DNA of 64,000 nucleotides from Fibrobacterales bacterium (GTDB lineage Bacteria > Fibrobacterota > Fibrobacteria > Fibrobacterales > JAOPTW01), in the NCBI GenBank assembly GCA_051532035.1, contig JAOPTW010000027.1, positions 1 to 64,000 of the forward strand, in the 5' to 3' direction. The notes under the pieces are model-generated. The model saw nothing but the letters and a program-made list of their open reading frames with translations, ran no database searches and had not been told where the DNA came from. The position numbers were made by a program, and so were the translations under genes. This document shows, piece after piece, positions 40,347 through 51,133 of this stretch. Within the stretch, counting starts at the first letter, position 1, and each line of letters opens with the position of its first letter.

Positions 40347-41971
40347 GTCGCTTTGCCACCCTCTCTATAAAAAGTAAGATTGTACTCATCATTGTAGTCG
40401 TTAGTTTTATTGTGATATCTATCACTACTACAATCATCAGCTACGTTCATATGAGTGACTACAAAGAGAATCTACTCCACCATTCTCAAATTAAAGCAAA
40501 ACTCGTTGGTGAATACTGTATTACCGCTCTCAGTTTCAATTATCCAAAACGCGCGGAAGAGATTCTTGAAAAGTTAAAAAACGATCCATCTATTATACAA
40601 GCAGATATTTATCATTCCGATCTCACTCCTTTTGCTTCCTATCCAGAAAGCGAAAATAATCACTCGTATGACGCACGCTACACTGAGGCCTATGCCGAAT
40701 TTGATGGTGACACTCTTAATACTTATCAACCCATAGCCTTCAACAATGAAGTGTATGGCTATATCCACTTACAAAACTTTACGAGTATGAGTTCAAAACT
40801 CCGTGACCAAATAACGATGATACTCATACTCTTTGCCGGAGTAATGCTTTTTGCTCTCTTTATCGCTCGAGCATTGCAAAGTATTATATCAAACCCTATT
40901 ATCTCACTCTCAAATATCGCTCACCTGATCTCTACCAATCACGACTATAGTATACGAGTAAAAAAGGTGAACAGTGATGAGATCGGAGAGCTCTTTGATA
41001 ATTTTAATACACTTTTGAGCGAGACTGAGCATAAGGAAATTGAGCGGAACGAAGCCATACGCGCATTACAAGAGCACAAAGAGACCCTTGAAACCAAAGT
41101 AAAAGAGCGTACCGACACGCTAATGAGTACCCAAAAAGAACTCATTGACAATGCGCACAAGGCAGGTATGGCCGACATTGCAAGCGGCGCACTCCACAAT
41201 GTTGGGAACATTCTAAATAGCATTAAGACATCTGCATCACTCATTTTAGAATTCCATAACAATTCAGGCTTTTCTCGTTTTAAACAGGCGAACACCCTCC
41301 TCAGAGATAATTTTGATACCATAGAAGATTTTATCATTCATGATCCTAAAGGCAAGAAGCTTCTCATGTATTATCTTGAGATAGAAAAGATGCAGGAGTC
41401 ATCAGAAGAACAGATCAATAGTCATATACACCGGCTGATTGATAAAGTCAATTCAAGTGTTGATGTGATTCATGCCCAGCAGAGCTATGCCAGTGCAACA
41501 TCACTTACTGAGATGTATAGTGTCAGTGAAATTATTGAAGATGGCCTTGCTATGGAAAGTAGCTCCATAGATAAACACGGTATTTCGATTGTTAAAAACT
41601 ATTACCCAGTCCCCGATGTACCAATACAACGCACGAAATTAATTCACATTATTATTAATCTCATAAACAATGCCAAAGAAGCAATGGAAGAGATACCGCG
41701 TACTGAAAGAACGTTATCCATTGAAGTCGTAGATCAAGGGAGTGAAATAACAATTACTGTTTCTGATTCGGGTCATGGTATATCCCCTGAAAACCTCAAT
41801 AATATTTTTTCACATGGCTTTACCACAAAAGAGCAAGGGCACGGCTTTGGCCTCCACTCTTGTGCAAACTACATGACTGAGATGGGTGGCCGTATGAGTG
41901 TCTCTTCAGGCAAAGTCTTGCCGGGAGCCACCTTTACCCTCATTTTTGTAAAAGAGCTCGACAACACTTAA
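40343..41971 (+). CDS. Sensor histidine kinase with YfiN-like periplasmic domain and HAMP
   Basis: SIKSKI start, TALSF periplasmic motif, HAMP DYSIRV...DEIGELFDNFN, ALHNVGNILN and GHGFGLH. Confidence 0.85.
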   Translation: MSRFATLSIKSKIVLIIVVVSFIVISITTTIISYVHMSDYKENLLHHSQIKAKLVGEYCITALSFNYPKRAEEILEKLKNDPSIIQADIYHSDLTPFASYPESENNHSYDARYTEAYAEFDGDTLNTYQPIAFNNEVYGYIHLQNFTSMSSKLRDQITMILILFAGVMLFALFIARALQSIISNPIISLSNIAHLISTNHDYSIRVKKVNSDEIGELFDNFNTLLSETEHKEIERNEAIRALQEHKETLETKVKERTDTLMSTQKELIDNAHKAGMADIASGALHNVGNILNSIKTSASLILEFHNNSGFSRFKQANTLLRDNFDTIEDFIIHDPKGKKLLMYYLEIEKMQESSEEQINSHIHRLIDKVNSSVDVIHAQQSYASATSLTEMYSVSEIIEDGLAMESSSIDKHGISIVKNYYPVPDVPIQRTKLIHIIINLINNAKEAMEEIPRTERTLSIEVVDQGSEITITVSDSGHGISPENLNNIFSHGFTTKEQGHGFGLHSCANYMTEMGGRMSVSSGKVLPGATFTLIFVKELDNT

Positions 41972-41984
41972 CAACAAGGCTATC

Positions 41985-44453
41985 TCACCGCTCTTTTTTC
42001 CGATTTTGAAATACTGCAGTACTCATTAACTGCCCTTCCGAAACACCATATTTCTCTAGAACATTAATACGACTCACGACCTCATTGGGTGCGAGTGCTC
42101 CATTAAGAGCATCGTAGTATGCATTCACCTTATTTCTCAGTTCTTCTTTCGTCTCATATAAAGCCTCGATTCGATAACTCGAAACCCCCATCTCTTTAAA
42201 ACGATCAATGAGCCGACCTGAAGACTGAGGCACCCCGTGATACATTGTATTGCGACAGGCGTAGTCTGGTTTTACGGGATGGATAACCCCTTTGTGATCT
42301 TTCAGAGACGCCTTATGCTTGCGACATGGTTTGCCACAGGTTTTCACATCAGTACCCTTTGACATAAAGGCAGCATACGGACAGTGCTCCATATAAAATG
42401 TGGGCATATAGTGATGCAGAATCAGCTCAACTTTTTCACCAGAAGTGTACGTCATCATTTGAGTGAGCTGCTCCATATTGAGATCATGACCGGGAGTGAA
42501 TCGTTCGACACCCTGATCAATAAACCATTCTGCACTGAGTGAGTTACAAATATTGAAACTGTAATCGGTCACTACAGGAAATGGATGGCTCTTAAAATAG
42601 TGCAGTGCAGCGAGGTTACGCGCCAACACACAATCGGGCTTAAGCTCTGCAATAATATCTAAATACTTAAGGTCAAAAGGTTTAATAACACGAAGGGTGG
42701 CAATCCCCACCTTAAACCCAAAGGAGCGTACCATTGTCATTGCATCTTCATACCGTCGACCATAATCAAAATCGAGGTAAACGATATCTATAGGCAACCC
42801 TTCTAGATAGGGAATCTGCTCGGGGTCTCTGATCAACACCGATAGCGTTATAGCCTCAGGTTTTTTTTGCATATACGGCAATGGAAGAGGTGTAGAGCTT
42901 TCATCTATAGAAAGAGGTGTTCTAAAGATTCGTACTTCATCGAGTTTTTCTACAATCTCTTTTCTGAGGCCACGCATCTGTTTTTGTGAAACATAAAGTG
43001 CACCATCAATTCGAGCTGAAAAAGATTTGACTCGGTAACAGCTTTTTCCCAGTTTACTACTTTCGTCTTCTAAAAATGATTCAGTTATTGAACGGCTCTT
43101 TGCCGCCTCGGGAATGGCAGTACTCCTAAAGGAGACTGAATACCCATCACTTGATGCAATTTCAACCCCAATGCCACTCCGTTCTGCAACCGTTAAGGAG
43201 AGGTCTATGGAAAAGGTTTTGAGTTGTTCAATCTGAGTAAAGGTTTTTTGCAGTTCTCGTTCTAAATCTGGCGCATCATTTTGATAGACTTTCCACCCTT
43301 TCGCAATCGCAGTTGGCTCAAACTCATTATTAAAACTGAGTTGCACTTTTGAATCACTCCCTTGCTCGACACTATAGATGCGAGCACCGTATCGGTCCCC
43401 TTGTTCAAAATCTATAAACGAAATCCCATCCCCCGCTTTTAGGGGGAGCCTACAAGAAACTTCTACTCTTTTACCAATAAGCCGCATAACTTCGCCAACA
43501 AAGGACCCTTGATGCGAACTAATAAAACCATTGACTAATTCTTGATGATTGACCCCATGGAGCCACCCAGAGTAAAATCCTCGCGAAAATAACAGTTCCA
43601 TCTCATGCTTCGCTTGTTCGGGTACGAGATTATTATCCATTACTGCTCTATAGTTAGACGTTGTCGAAGCGACATAGGCAGGGGACTTTAAGCGACCCTC
43701 AATTTTTAAAGCGGCAATACCCATTTCTTGTAACCTCGGGATCTCTGCAACTCCACAGAGATCTTGTGGAGAAAGGAGATATTTTTTCCCCTCGAGATCT
43801 CGAGATTCACCATCAACTATCAATTCAAAGTCGAGTCGACACGTTTGCGCACACTGTCCTCTATTAGCGGAGCGGCCACCAAACACTTCAGAAGTGAGAC
43901 ACTGTCCTGAATACGCAACACAGAGCGCACCATGTACAAACACTTCGAGTTCAACATCGCTCTTTTGAGAAACATCCTCTATCTCATCAAGAGACATCTC
44001 TCGCGACAAAGTAACCCGTTTAATCGAGAGATCATGGAGGGCATCAATAGCAAGGGCATTCGTTACGGTCATTTGGGTAGAGACATGAATATTCATGTCG
44101 GGGGCAATCGCTTTGATTAATTTAATCAGCCCAATATCTTGCACGATAAATGCATCAGGATTTAACCGAACCATTGCAGTAACAAATTCAGTAAGCTCTC
44201 GAATTTCATCTTCAAAAATTACAACGTTAAATGCCAGATTTGCCTCAACGCCATACAGGTGACAGAGGTCGATAAGCTCTTTCATATCATTCAAATCAAA
44301 ATCGATAGTTCGGCCACGAGCATTAAAACCAGGGACGCCAAAATAGACCTCTGTCGCACCATTATGTATGGCTGCTAAACACATTTCTCTATTGCCAACA
44401 GGGATTAAAAGATGAGATGTCACAGGTGACTCACTATTGAAGATATGGTGCAA
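41985..44453 (-). CDS. Long U32 peptidase family protein (RlhA-like RNA hydroxylase)
   Basis: HGALCVAYSGQC, SANRGQCAQTCR and KIEGRLK motifs; extended C-terminus. Confidence 0.85.
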   Translation of the reverse strand: MHHIFNSESPVTSHLLIPVGNREMCLAAIHNGATEVYFGVPGFNARGRTIDFDLNDMKELIDLCHLYGVEANLAFNVVIFEDEIRELTEFVTAMVRLNPDAFIVQDIGLIKLIKAIAPDMNIHVSTQMTVTNALAIDALHDLSIKRVTLSREMSLDEIEDVSQKSDVELEVFVHGALCVAYSGQCLTSEVFGGRSANRGQCAQTCRLDFELIVDGESRDLEGKKYLLSPQDLCGVAEIPRLQEMGIAALKIEGRLKSPAYVASTTSNYRAVMDNNLVPEQAKHEMELLFSRGFYSGWLHGVNHQELVNGFISSHQGSFVGEVMRLIGKRVEVSCRLPLKAGDGISFIDFEQGDRYGARIYSVEQGSDSKVQLSFNNEFEPTAIAKGWKVYQNDAPDLERELQKTFTQIEQLKTFSIDLSLTVAERSGIGVEIASSDGYSVSFRSTAIPEAAKSRSITESFLEDESSKLGKSCYRVKSFSARIDGALYVSQKQMRGLRKEIVEKLDEVRIFRTPLSIDESSTPLPLPYMQKKPEAITLSVLIRDPEQIPYLEGLPIDIVYLDFDYGRRYEDAMTMVRSFGFKVGIATLRVIKPFDLKYLDIIAELKPDCVLARNLAALHYFKSHPFPVVTDYSFNICNSLSAEWFIDQGVERFTPGHDLNMEQLTQMMTYTSGEKVELILHHYMPTFYMEHCPYAAFMSKGTDVKTCGKPCRKHKASLKDHKGVIHPVKPDYACRNTMYHGVPQSSGRLIDRFKEMGVSSYRIEALYETKEELRNKVNAYYDALNGALAPNEVVSRINVLEKYGVSEGQLMSTAVFQNRKKER

Positions 44454-44505
44454 AAATAACTTTTTAGAAGGAGTGAGTCATCTTTTTGCCCTCTTTGTAC
44501 CAGGT

Positions 44506-45084
44506 TTATAGCGAGAAGAAGGCCTCTATTGCAAGTGAACTGATATCGAGAAGGCCAATTGACTCATTCGCAAATGCGTAGGTAAGGTAGGATTGAAGTG
44601 TCCCTGCACTCAAAGAGAGCCCTAATTCATTCATCACCCCAACGCCTTCAACAAGCAGTATTGAAAAGCCCGTATAGTAACCGATCCGAATACCCGATGG
44701 CCAGTAATAGGACCTAAACCGGTCATTCACCACAACATCATACTGAGGCGACACAATAGCGCTCACAGCCAAATGAGGAGTTATACCAATCGGATTCCCC
44801 AATATTGATCCAACCCCAATAGTAATTGGCTCTAAGCGACCTTTAATGGCAACACTATGTACCGCTACACCACCTAATGCAGCAGGAGTGAACCCGTAGG
44901 AGATAGAGCTATAAAGGTGGTTATTAAAATAACCATAACCAACACCAGCCGACAGCACCCCCTGATGACCTGCATACTGCACCACATAGCGTTCCGGTAC
45001 ATACCACGGATCAGCTAACTGAACCGACGACTCCGCTGCAGCTACAATACCGATGCTTAACAATATATACACAAGCCACTTCAT
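44506..45084 (-). CDS. Hypothetical outer-membrane protein
   Basis: Signal peptide; QYAG..G..SAGVGY beta-strand pattern; coupled to a metallophosphoesterase. Confidence 0.55.
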   Translation of the reverse strand: MKWLVYILLSIGIVAAAESSVQLADPWYVPERYVVQYAGHQGVLSAGVGYGYFNNHLYSSISYGFTPAALGGVAVHSVAIKGRLEPITIGVGSILGNPIGITPHLAVSAIVSPQYDVVVNDRFRSYYWPSGIRIGYYTGFSILLVEGVGVMNELGLSLSAGTLQSYLTYAFANESIGLLDISSLAIEAFFSL

Positions 45085-45902
45085 TAGAACCTCACCTCAT
45101 GATAGGTAAAAGCACTATCCTTAACATTGATCAACAGAACCGAACCTCCCGTTACATCATCTGCAACAAGATACTTCGTGGTACTCTCTGGGTAGACAAC
45201 GCGATCACTAAAAGAGTGGGTATGACCATGAACTGAGAGCAGCACCTCTTTCTCTTCCATAAGAGCGACATATTTTATTTCATCTTCCGTAGTAAACTGA
45301 TCTTTCCACGGTGGCACATGCGAGAAGAGTACTTGACCTTTACAGTCCTCTCCACAGAGCGTTGAATCCGAAAGCACTTGATCGAGCCATGGAAAATTTG
45401 GGGCATTATCAAAGTGCCATCCATTAGTATTACCAAGCACAAAATGATAGCCCTCAAAGGTAAAAGAATAATCGAGCGCTCCAAATGTGTGTTCATATAC
45501 TGCAATCCCCTCTGCGACACACTCATGATTTCCAATAGTCGTCACATAAGGAATAGTGAGTTTATCAATCGCATCAAAAAAGAACTCGTACTCTTTAAGA
45601 AGTCCAAATTTTGTAAAGTCCCCGGGCACCACCACAAAGTCAACCTCAGAAAGCGTATTGACGAATGTTACCATTTTATTGAGGTCATCAATATATTGGT
45701 GGGAGTCGGTGATCACTGCAATGGTGACCCCTTCGCCTTTTGGCTTTGCAGCAACAATTTTTGCTACTTCTCGTTGAGTCAGGTTGTGCATATCTGATTT
45801 AGAGCTTTCAACCGTGTAGGGCGTAAACTCAAACATACCACAACTGATAAGTAAGGCGACACTCAGGCCAATGCTAATACTTTTGATTATTGAAGAAACC
45901 AT
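45084..45902 (-). CDS. Calcineurin-like metallophosphoesterase lipoprotein
   Basis: Lipobox LISC; DSH, GDFT, GNHE, HVPP and HGHTH motifs. Confidence 0.85.
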   Translation of the reverse strand: MVSSIIKSISIGLSVALLISCGMFEFTPYTVESSKSDMHNLTQREVAKIVAAKPKGEGVTIAVITDSHQYIDDLNKMVTFVNTLSEVDFVVVPGDFTKFGLLKEYEFFFDAIDKLTIPYVTTIGNHECVAEGIAVYEHTFGALDYSFTFEGYHFVLGNTNGWHFDNAPNFPWLDQVLSDSTLCGEDCKGQVLFSHVPPWKDQFTTEDEIKYVALMEEKEVLLSVHGHTHSFSDRVVYPESTTKYLVADDVTGGSVLLINVKDSAFTYHEVRF

Positions 45903-45911
45903 TATCTGCCC

Positions 45912-46502
45912 TTAAAAGGTATACCCTACATTAAACTCAGTCCACCGAAAGGTCTTATAGTCACTCAGCAACAATCCATTACTTTCAAGACGAAGTTCTA
46001 TGTTCTTGTACTGTACCCCCGAACCAAGGCGCATATTCATATGAAGATCTTGCGAGGCATACCGGTCGTCTCTTGTGAGACGAGTATGACTCACAACCGA
46101 TAGACCTGCACCCGCAATACCACTGACCATTATTGATCGAGTTACCTGATAGTAGGGCTTAACCTGTGGAGTCACTTTATAAATATTCGCAATAGTTGTT
46201 GTTCCCGAGCGCTCTTCCGATATCGTTGAAAAACCCACTTGTCCACCGACCGCAATGCTCTTGATAAACGACCGATATCGATCAAAATTTATATTTTGGC
46301 CAGTAGATACCCCTTTACTAAAACCAAGTGGTGAACGTTCTCCCTGCATCATAGCCTTCTCACCCTTTAGATCGAAGGGAACTACTCGCGTAACCCCAAT
46401 TGAAATTGATGAACCGACAGGAGATGCCGTTACGAGTACTGGAAGTATCGCAAAAATTATTAATGCTGTTTTTATCAAATGTATCATACTTAGTTTTCCC
46501 AA
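45912..46502 (-). CDS. Outer-membrane beta-barrel-like protein
   Basis: Signal peptide; strands ending FNVGYTF. Confidence 0.6.
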   Translation of the reverse strand: MGKLSMIHLIKTALIIFAILPVLVTASPVGSSISIGVTRVVPFDLKGEKAMMQGERSPLGFSKGVSTGQNINFDRYRSFIKSIAVGGQVGFSTISEERSGTTTIANIYKVTPQVKPYYQVTRSIMVSGIAGAGLSVVSHTRLTRDDRYASQDLHMNMRLGSGVQYKNIELRLESNGLLLSDYKTFRWTEFNVGYTF

Positions 46503-46773
46503 ACAATTAAGTCACCCCTGTAACACATGAGATGATTAATAGTGTCACTCTTTTATAACAATGACTTCTGAGATGTAACATACGAAAAAACAGAACATTA
46601 GGCAATGCTAATATTGTATCATTGTGTAACAAAGTGTATCAGAGAACGAATACTGACCTCCCTCTTAACGACAGCATACGACGAAAGCAATGGCTGCGCT
46701 GGATCAAAACAACAAACGGTTCACTTTATACAAAGTGAACCGTTTATGTTACGTAAAATTTACACAAGTTCTA

Positions 46774-48369
46774 TTAGAGCAGGTAAGAGAGCGCTCCAGC
46801 GATTACACCGTACACTACCATAGCAATAGATGTTCTCTTAAGAATATACCCTTCACTATTTTGGAGTGCAAGTATTGAACAAACGGCAACAATGTTATTG
46901 ATACAGACCATATTACCCATAGCACCACCTGCTGATTGGAGCGCAAGAATAGTAGTACGGTTAAGTCCAAGGTTACCTGCAATAGAGTCTTGAATCCCTG
47001 CAAAGGTTAAGTTTGATACCGTATTTGAGCCTGAGAAAAATGAACCAAGTGCCCCAAGATACGCTGCAAAAAACTGCCAGCTTTTTCCCGTAACATCAGT
47101 AAAGAAATTTCCCATGAGTGCTACCGGCGAATTATCTCCACCAGACATCATAAATTTTACAAAGATGAGCGCCGCAAAAAGTGCAAGGGCCGGATTCTTA
47201 AGACGTGAAGTAGTTTCACTAAATACTGCTTTTACATCGCTCTTACTGCTTTTAAACACCCAAAAGGTGATGACAGAGACAAGCATAAATGGTACCAACG
47301 ATGGTACATACAGCAACTTATGACTCCAACTGTATTCAGTATAGAGAATATTTTTAAGACCCACAACCAGTGCTGGACTTATCGTAAAGGTACCCAAACC
47401 TCCAAGTGACAGTGATGCATGTGGTTCACTTAAAGTGAGGAGTCCTTTGAGGCCGAGGCTCGAAATACGGGTAACGATAAGTATGAGCAACGTTCCCCAA
47501 AGTGGAAATGAGGCTTTAACCAAAGCACCCATTTTTACCGGTTCAGCTTTTTCTATGGCCTGGGATGCTTGTGTTTCACCAGAATCTTTCAGTCCAATTC
47601 TAAGTTTTGCAAAAATACCCGAGAAGATAAGACCTGAAAAGCCACCAACAATAGAAGGAAATTCGTAGTTGTATTTTGCAACTGCAACATAGGGAACCAC
47701 CGTCGCAAGAATACTAAGGAGCACAAACAACCAGTTTGCTTTCACTTCTTTTTTAGTCGCAACAAAAAGCAGGGCAATCCAAGGAATAACCAGCGCTGCA
47801 GCCGCATTAATAATTGCCGATTTAATACCAATCTCTGAGAGTTCTGCGTTACTTAATGTCAGAGCCGAAAAGCCAAACCACGTAGGCGTACCGACCGCGC
47901 CAAAGGAGACGGGTACTGAGTTCATTATTAAGGCAAGGATTGCAACACGCATAGCAGGGAAACCGAGCCCCACAAGAAGCGGAGCAGCAATTGCTGCAGG
48001 TGTACCAAAGCCACTCGCGCCTTCAATAAGAAAGGGGAACGCCCATCCAACAATCATCAATTGTGCTATTCTATTATCAGTAATACCATTAAGCCATGCA
48101 CGAATCGTATCCATTGCACCGGTCTGTTCCATAGTTTTAAAGAGAAGAATTGCGCCCCAAATAATCAAAATGGGAGTCCATGAAGTTAAAAACCCTTGCA
48201 CCATCAGAGCCACAAGATCAATGAGGTTTCGATCAAACACAAAGACCATTACAAGAAACAGAGATACCGCTGCAATAGGTAACGCCTTATGCGATGGGAC
48301 TGCATTCTTTTTTACCATCAACCATATAAGGAGGAGGAGGGGGATAAAAGACATTATAGTTTGAAGCAT
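46774..48369 (-). CDS. lctP: Lactate permease (LctP family)
   Basis: IEGASGFGTPAAI, PVSFGAVGTP, GSNTVSN and GGAMGNM motifs. Confidence 0.9.
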   Translation of the reverse strand: MLQTIMSFIPLLLLIWLMVKKNAVPSHKALPIAAVSLFLVMVFVFDRNLIDLVALMVQGFLTSWTPILIIWGAILLFKTMEQTGAMDTIRAWLNGITDNRIAQLMIVGWAFPFLIEGASGFGTPAAIAAPLLVGLGFPAMRVAILALIMNSVPVSFGAVGTPTWFGFSALTLSNAELSEIGIKSAIINAAAALVIPWIALLFVATKKEVKANWLFVLLSILATVVPYVAVAKYNYEFPSIVGGFSGLIFSGIFAKLRIGLKDSGETQASQAIEKAEPVKMGALVKASFPLWGTLLILIVTRISSLGLKGLLTLSEPHASLSLGGLGTFTISPALVVGLKNILYTEYSWSHKLLYVPSLVPFMLVSVITFWVFKSSKSDVKAVFSETTSRLKNPALALFAALIFVKFMMSGGDNSPVALMGNFFTDVTGKSWQFFAAYLGALGSFFSGSNTVSNLTFAGIQDSIAGNLGLNRTTILALQSAGGAMGNMVCINNIVAVCSILALQNSEGYILKRTSIAMVVYGVIAGALSYLL

Positions 48370-49406
48370 CGTTTTTCCTTCTTTTCTTTATTTTTACAGT
48401 CCTGCTCACAACGGTAACAGATTTCATTTTCAAGCACCTCATTATTGAGGTACTGGGTTATATTATGAAGTGTTGTCTCTGCAATAGCATGGAGTGCCTC
48501 TTTGGTAAAAAAGGCTTGGTGAGAAGTAATGAGTACATTAGGAAAGCTCATTAATCTGGCCAACACATCATCTTGAATAAGGTCGATTGAGTGATCTTCA
48601 AAAAAGTAGTCGCCTTCTTCTTCATAAACATCAAGACCCGCCGCGCCAATATTGCCATGTTTCAGGCCATCAATAAGATCTTTGGTGTTAATAAGTCCAC
48701 CACGACCTGTATTGACTATAACCACTCCTGGTTTCATCATACCGATAGAGAAACGATTTATCATGTGATAGGTATCTTTAGTGAGCGGACAGGTAAGGTT
48801 GATCACATCACTCTGTCTATAGAGCTCATCAAGAGAGACATATTCGATTCCTCTCTCTTCGGCATAGTTCTCATCAGGATACAGATCATACGCAAGAACG
48901 CGCATACCAAAACCTTTTAAAATATCGATTAAACAACGACCAATTCGACCCGTTCCAATAACACCTACAGACTTGCCATACATATCAAAGCCAAGAAGAC
49001 CATTGAGCGCAAAGTTACCTTCACGAGTACGCGTGTAGGCGCGATAAATTTTTCTATTGAGCCCCATAAGAAGTGCAATGGTATGTTCTGCCACTGCATG
49101 AGGACTATACGCAGGAACCCGCGCAACATGCATTTTACCATAAGCCGCTTGCATATCGACATTGTTATATCCAGCACAACGCATCACAATAAGACGTGTC
49201 CCGTTTGCATACAGCTTTTCAATCACCTCTTTACTTAAGGTGTCATTAACAAAAGCACACACTATCTCATGACCATGTGCAAGTTCTGCAGTCACTTCAT
49301 TTAATCGTGGTTCCATATAGGTGATATCAAAATCATGTGATCTATTAACATCTTTAAAGGATGTTTGATCATAAGGCTTCGCATCAAAAAGAGCAATTTT
49401 AGCCAT
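48354..49406 (-). CDS. ldhA: D-lactate dehydrogenase (D-2-hydroxyacid dehydrogenase)
   Basis: RCAGYNNVD, RVPAYSPHAVAEH, GTGRIG, LDVYEEE and TSHQAF motifs. Confidence 0.88.
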   Translation of the reverse strand: MAKIALFDAKPYDQTSFKDVNRSHDFDITYMEPRLNEVTAELAHGHEIVCAFVNDTLSKEVIEKLYANGTRLIVMRCAGYNNVDMQAAYGKMHVARVPAYSPHAVAEHTIALLMGLNRKIYRAYTRTREGNFALNGLLGFDMYGKSVGVIGTGRIGRCLIDILKGFGMRVLAYDLYPDENYAEERGIEYVSLDELYRQSDVINLTCPLTKDTYHMINRFSIGMMKPGVVIVNTGRGGLINTKDLIDGLKHGNIGAAGLDVYEEEGDYFFEDHSIDLIQDDVLARLMSFPNVLITSHQAFFTKEALHAIAETTLHNITQYLNNEVLENEICYRCEQDCKNKEKKEKRCFKL

Positions 49407-49643
49407 TATCGTTCCCTCAGTATCTCAGTTTGGGCTAAAGATACCTTATCCATTTTTTTTGGTCATTGATACTGATCAACAAAAGTTTGTATTCATTACA
49501 AGATTTCAAAGCTGTATTTAATTATTTGAGCATCCGTCTGTAACTACTGCTACACCAAAGATTTATGGAAAGATCGATTGTTCGTTTTTAACCAGATTTT
49601 GAATATTTTTACTGTTATAAATTAACGAACTTGAATTGAGCAC

Positions 49644-49671
49644 AAAAAAAGGGAGCCATGTAAAGCTCCCT
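49644..49671 (-). terminator. Rho-independent terminator
   Basis: A7-GGGAGC-loop-GCTCCC, downstream of the 49694 ORF on the minus strand. Confidence 0.75.
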
Positions 49672-49693
49672 CGTATTTCATTGTATTCGTCGG

Positions 49694-49906
49694 TTAGATA
49701 ACCTCTACGTCCACTTTTTTTATCCAAAACTGTTTTCGTCCTGTATCAATCTTTACTGCTGTAGGCTTAAGAGCCACGACCTTTGCAGCACCGGTATCAT
49801 AGGGGCCCTCAAACATAACTCGATCACCGACTTTAATATCTTGGTTTTTTCGGTTTTCTTCTTCATTTAAATCAATATCATTATCAAATTCATTTTCATC
49901 GCTCAT
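49694..49906 (-). CDS. Small hypothetical protein (SH3/KOW-like beta fold)
   Basis: 70 aa; IKVGDRV motif; AGGGG RBS; own terminator. Confidence 0.6.
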   Translation of the reverse strand: MSDENEFDNDIDLNEEENRKNQDIKVGDRVMFEGPYDTGAAKVVALKPTAVKIDTGRKQFWIKKVDVEVI

Positions 49907-50013
49907 AGCGCGCCCCTTTTTTAAAAAGTACCTCTCTCAGGGGTAAATGTAATAAAGAGTGTGTGAGAATTCCATCGTATACAAGGTAAACTTTGGGTAA
50001 CCAAACCTAGATA

Positions 50014-51123
50014 TCACTTATAAACTCTCATCACAACTTCTTCTTTACCAGGGACCGTCCGATCGACACTTTGTACAACCACCGCATACCCCGCCCCATA
50101 CTTGTCCCTGACTAAAAACTGCTGCCCAATACCATCTATAATCAGATGATCCATTGATGCAACTGTTGAGTTATTTGTATACACTCTTGTAAAATCATTC
50201 ATTACAAAATATTTTACTATATCACCCTTCCTCTCGTTACCATCAATAATAATCGAATCAGAAAAAAGCTCAACTGGACTTATAAGCAACGCAGTATCTA
50301 ATAATAGTCCACGCATTTGTTGATCCATATTAGAGGCCTCCTTGTCAGCATATTGCTGTAAAAAGGACAGGCCGGAAATTATTATCGTACTATCAAAACT
50401 AGTGAGAGCAATATCTACATTAACCCCTCTTACTTTTACCACCTCCCAATAAGGATAGCTCGTATCATTGTACAATTCATAGGTAGACTCACTCGAACCA
50501 GAGACCAACAGCACATCTACATAGGCTACTGAATCATTTTCTACACTATCACAATAGTTATTCCCTTCTGCATAAAAGCGAGGAGCATAACCACCTGGCC
50601 CACCATTAACAACAAATTCACCCTCTACCTTTATTAAAAATCGGGAATCGTATCCGTAGGTATAATATCCACTACAAATCGCACTCTTAGGAGCTATAGT
50701 ATATGTCTTTAATGCACTTCCTTCATCCTCCACAGTCAATGAATCGATAGTAAAAAGCGTATCTCCAGATATTTGTTCACCACTCTGTGTATCACCTCCT
50801 ATCTCATTGTAATGTAAAACAGTTCTATCCCCTTGCTTCAAAACAACTTTAAGCTTATGTTGAAACATATTTATAGTCTCCCCATCACGCATAGCATTCC
50901 GCATCGTAACATCTATAGAACGACCCTCGGGTAAAACTGGTACACCAGCCTCTCTAGAAAAGCCATTAAAAGTATCTGAACTGAATTCCCAATCAATTGA
51001 ATCTGAACCTAATGTAAATTCATTATTGCGCATAACTCCAGGCACTATATCAATTTCTTCTTGATCAACATTTTGCAAATTACATCCAACAATTACCAAC
51101 AAAACCATTAATACACTATACAT
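50014..51123 (-). CDS. Hypothetical lipoprotein
   Basis: MYSVLMVLLVIVGC lipobox after GGAGG RBS; immediately follows the caspase gene. Confidence 0.7.
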   Translation of the reverse strand: MYSVLMVLLVIVGCNLQNVDQEEIDIVPGVMRNNEFTLGSDSIDWEFSSDTFNGFSREAGVPVLPEGRSIDVTMRNAMRDGETINMFQHKLKVVLKQGDRTVLHYNEIGGDTQSGEQISGDTLFTIDSLTVEDEGSALKTYTIAPKSAICSGYYTYGYDSRFLIKVEGEFVVNGGPGGYAPRFYAEGNNYCDSVENDSVAYVDVLLVSGSSESTYELYNDTSYPYWEVVKVRGVNVDIALTSFDSTIIISGLSFLQQYADKEASNMDQQMRGLLLDTALLISPVELFSDSIIIDGNERKGDIVKYFVMNDFTRVYTNNSTVASMDHLIIDGIGQQFLVRDKYGAGYAVVVQSVDRTVPGKEEVVMRVYK

Positions 51124-51133
51124 ACATCCTCCC

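Noticed and set aside
46605..46878. Two short plus-strand ORFs
   Set aside because: They overlap the lctP 3' end in antisense and have no RBS or recognisable features.
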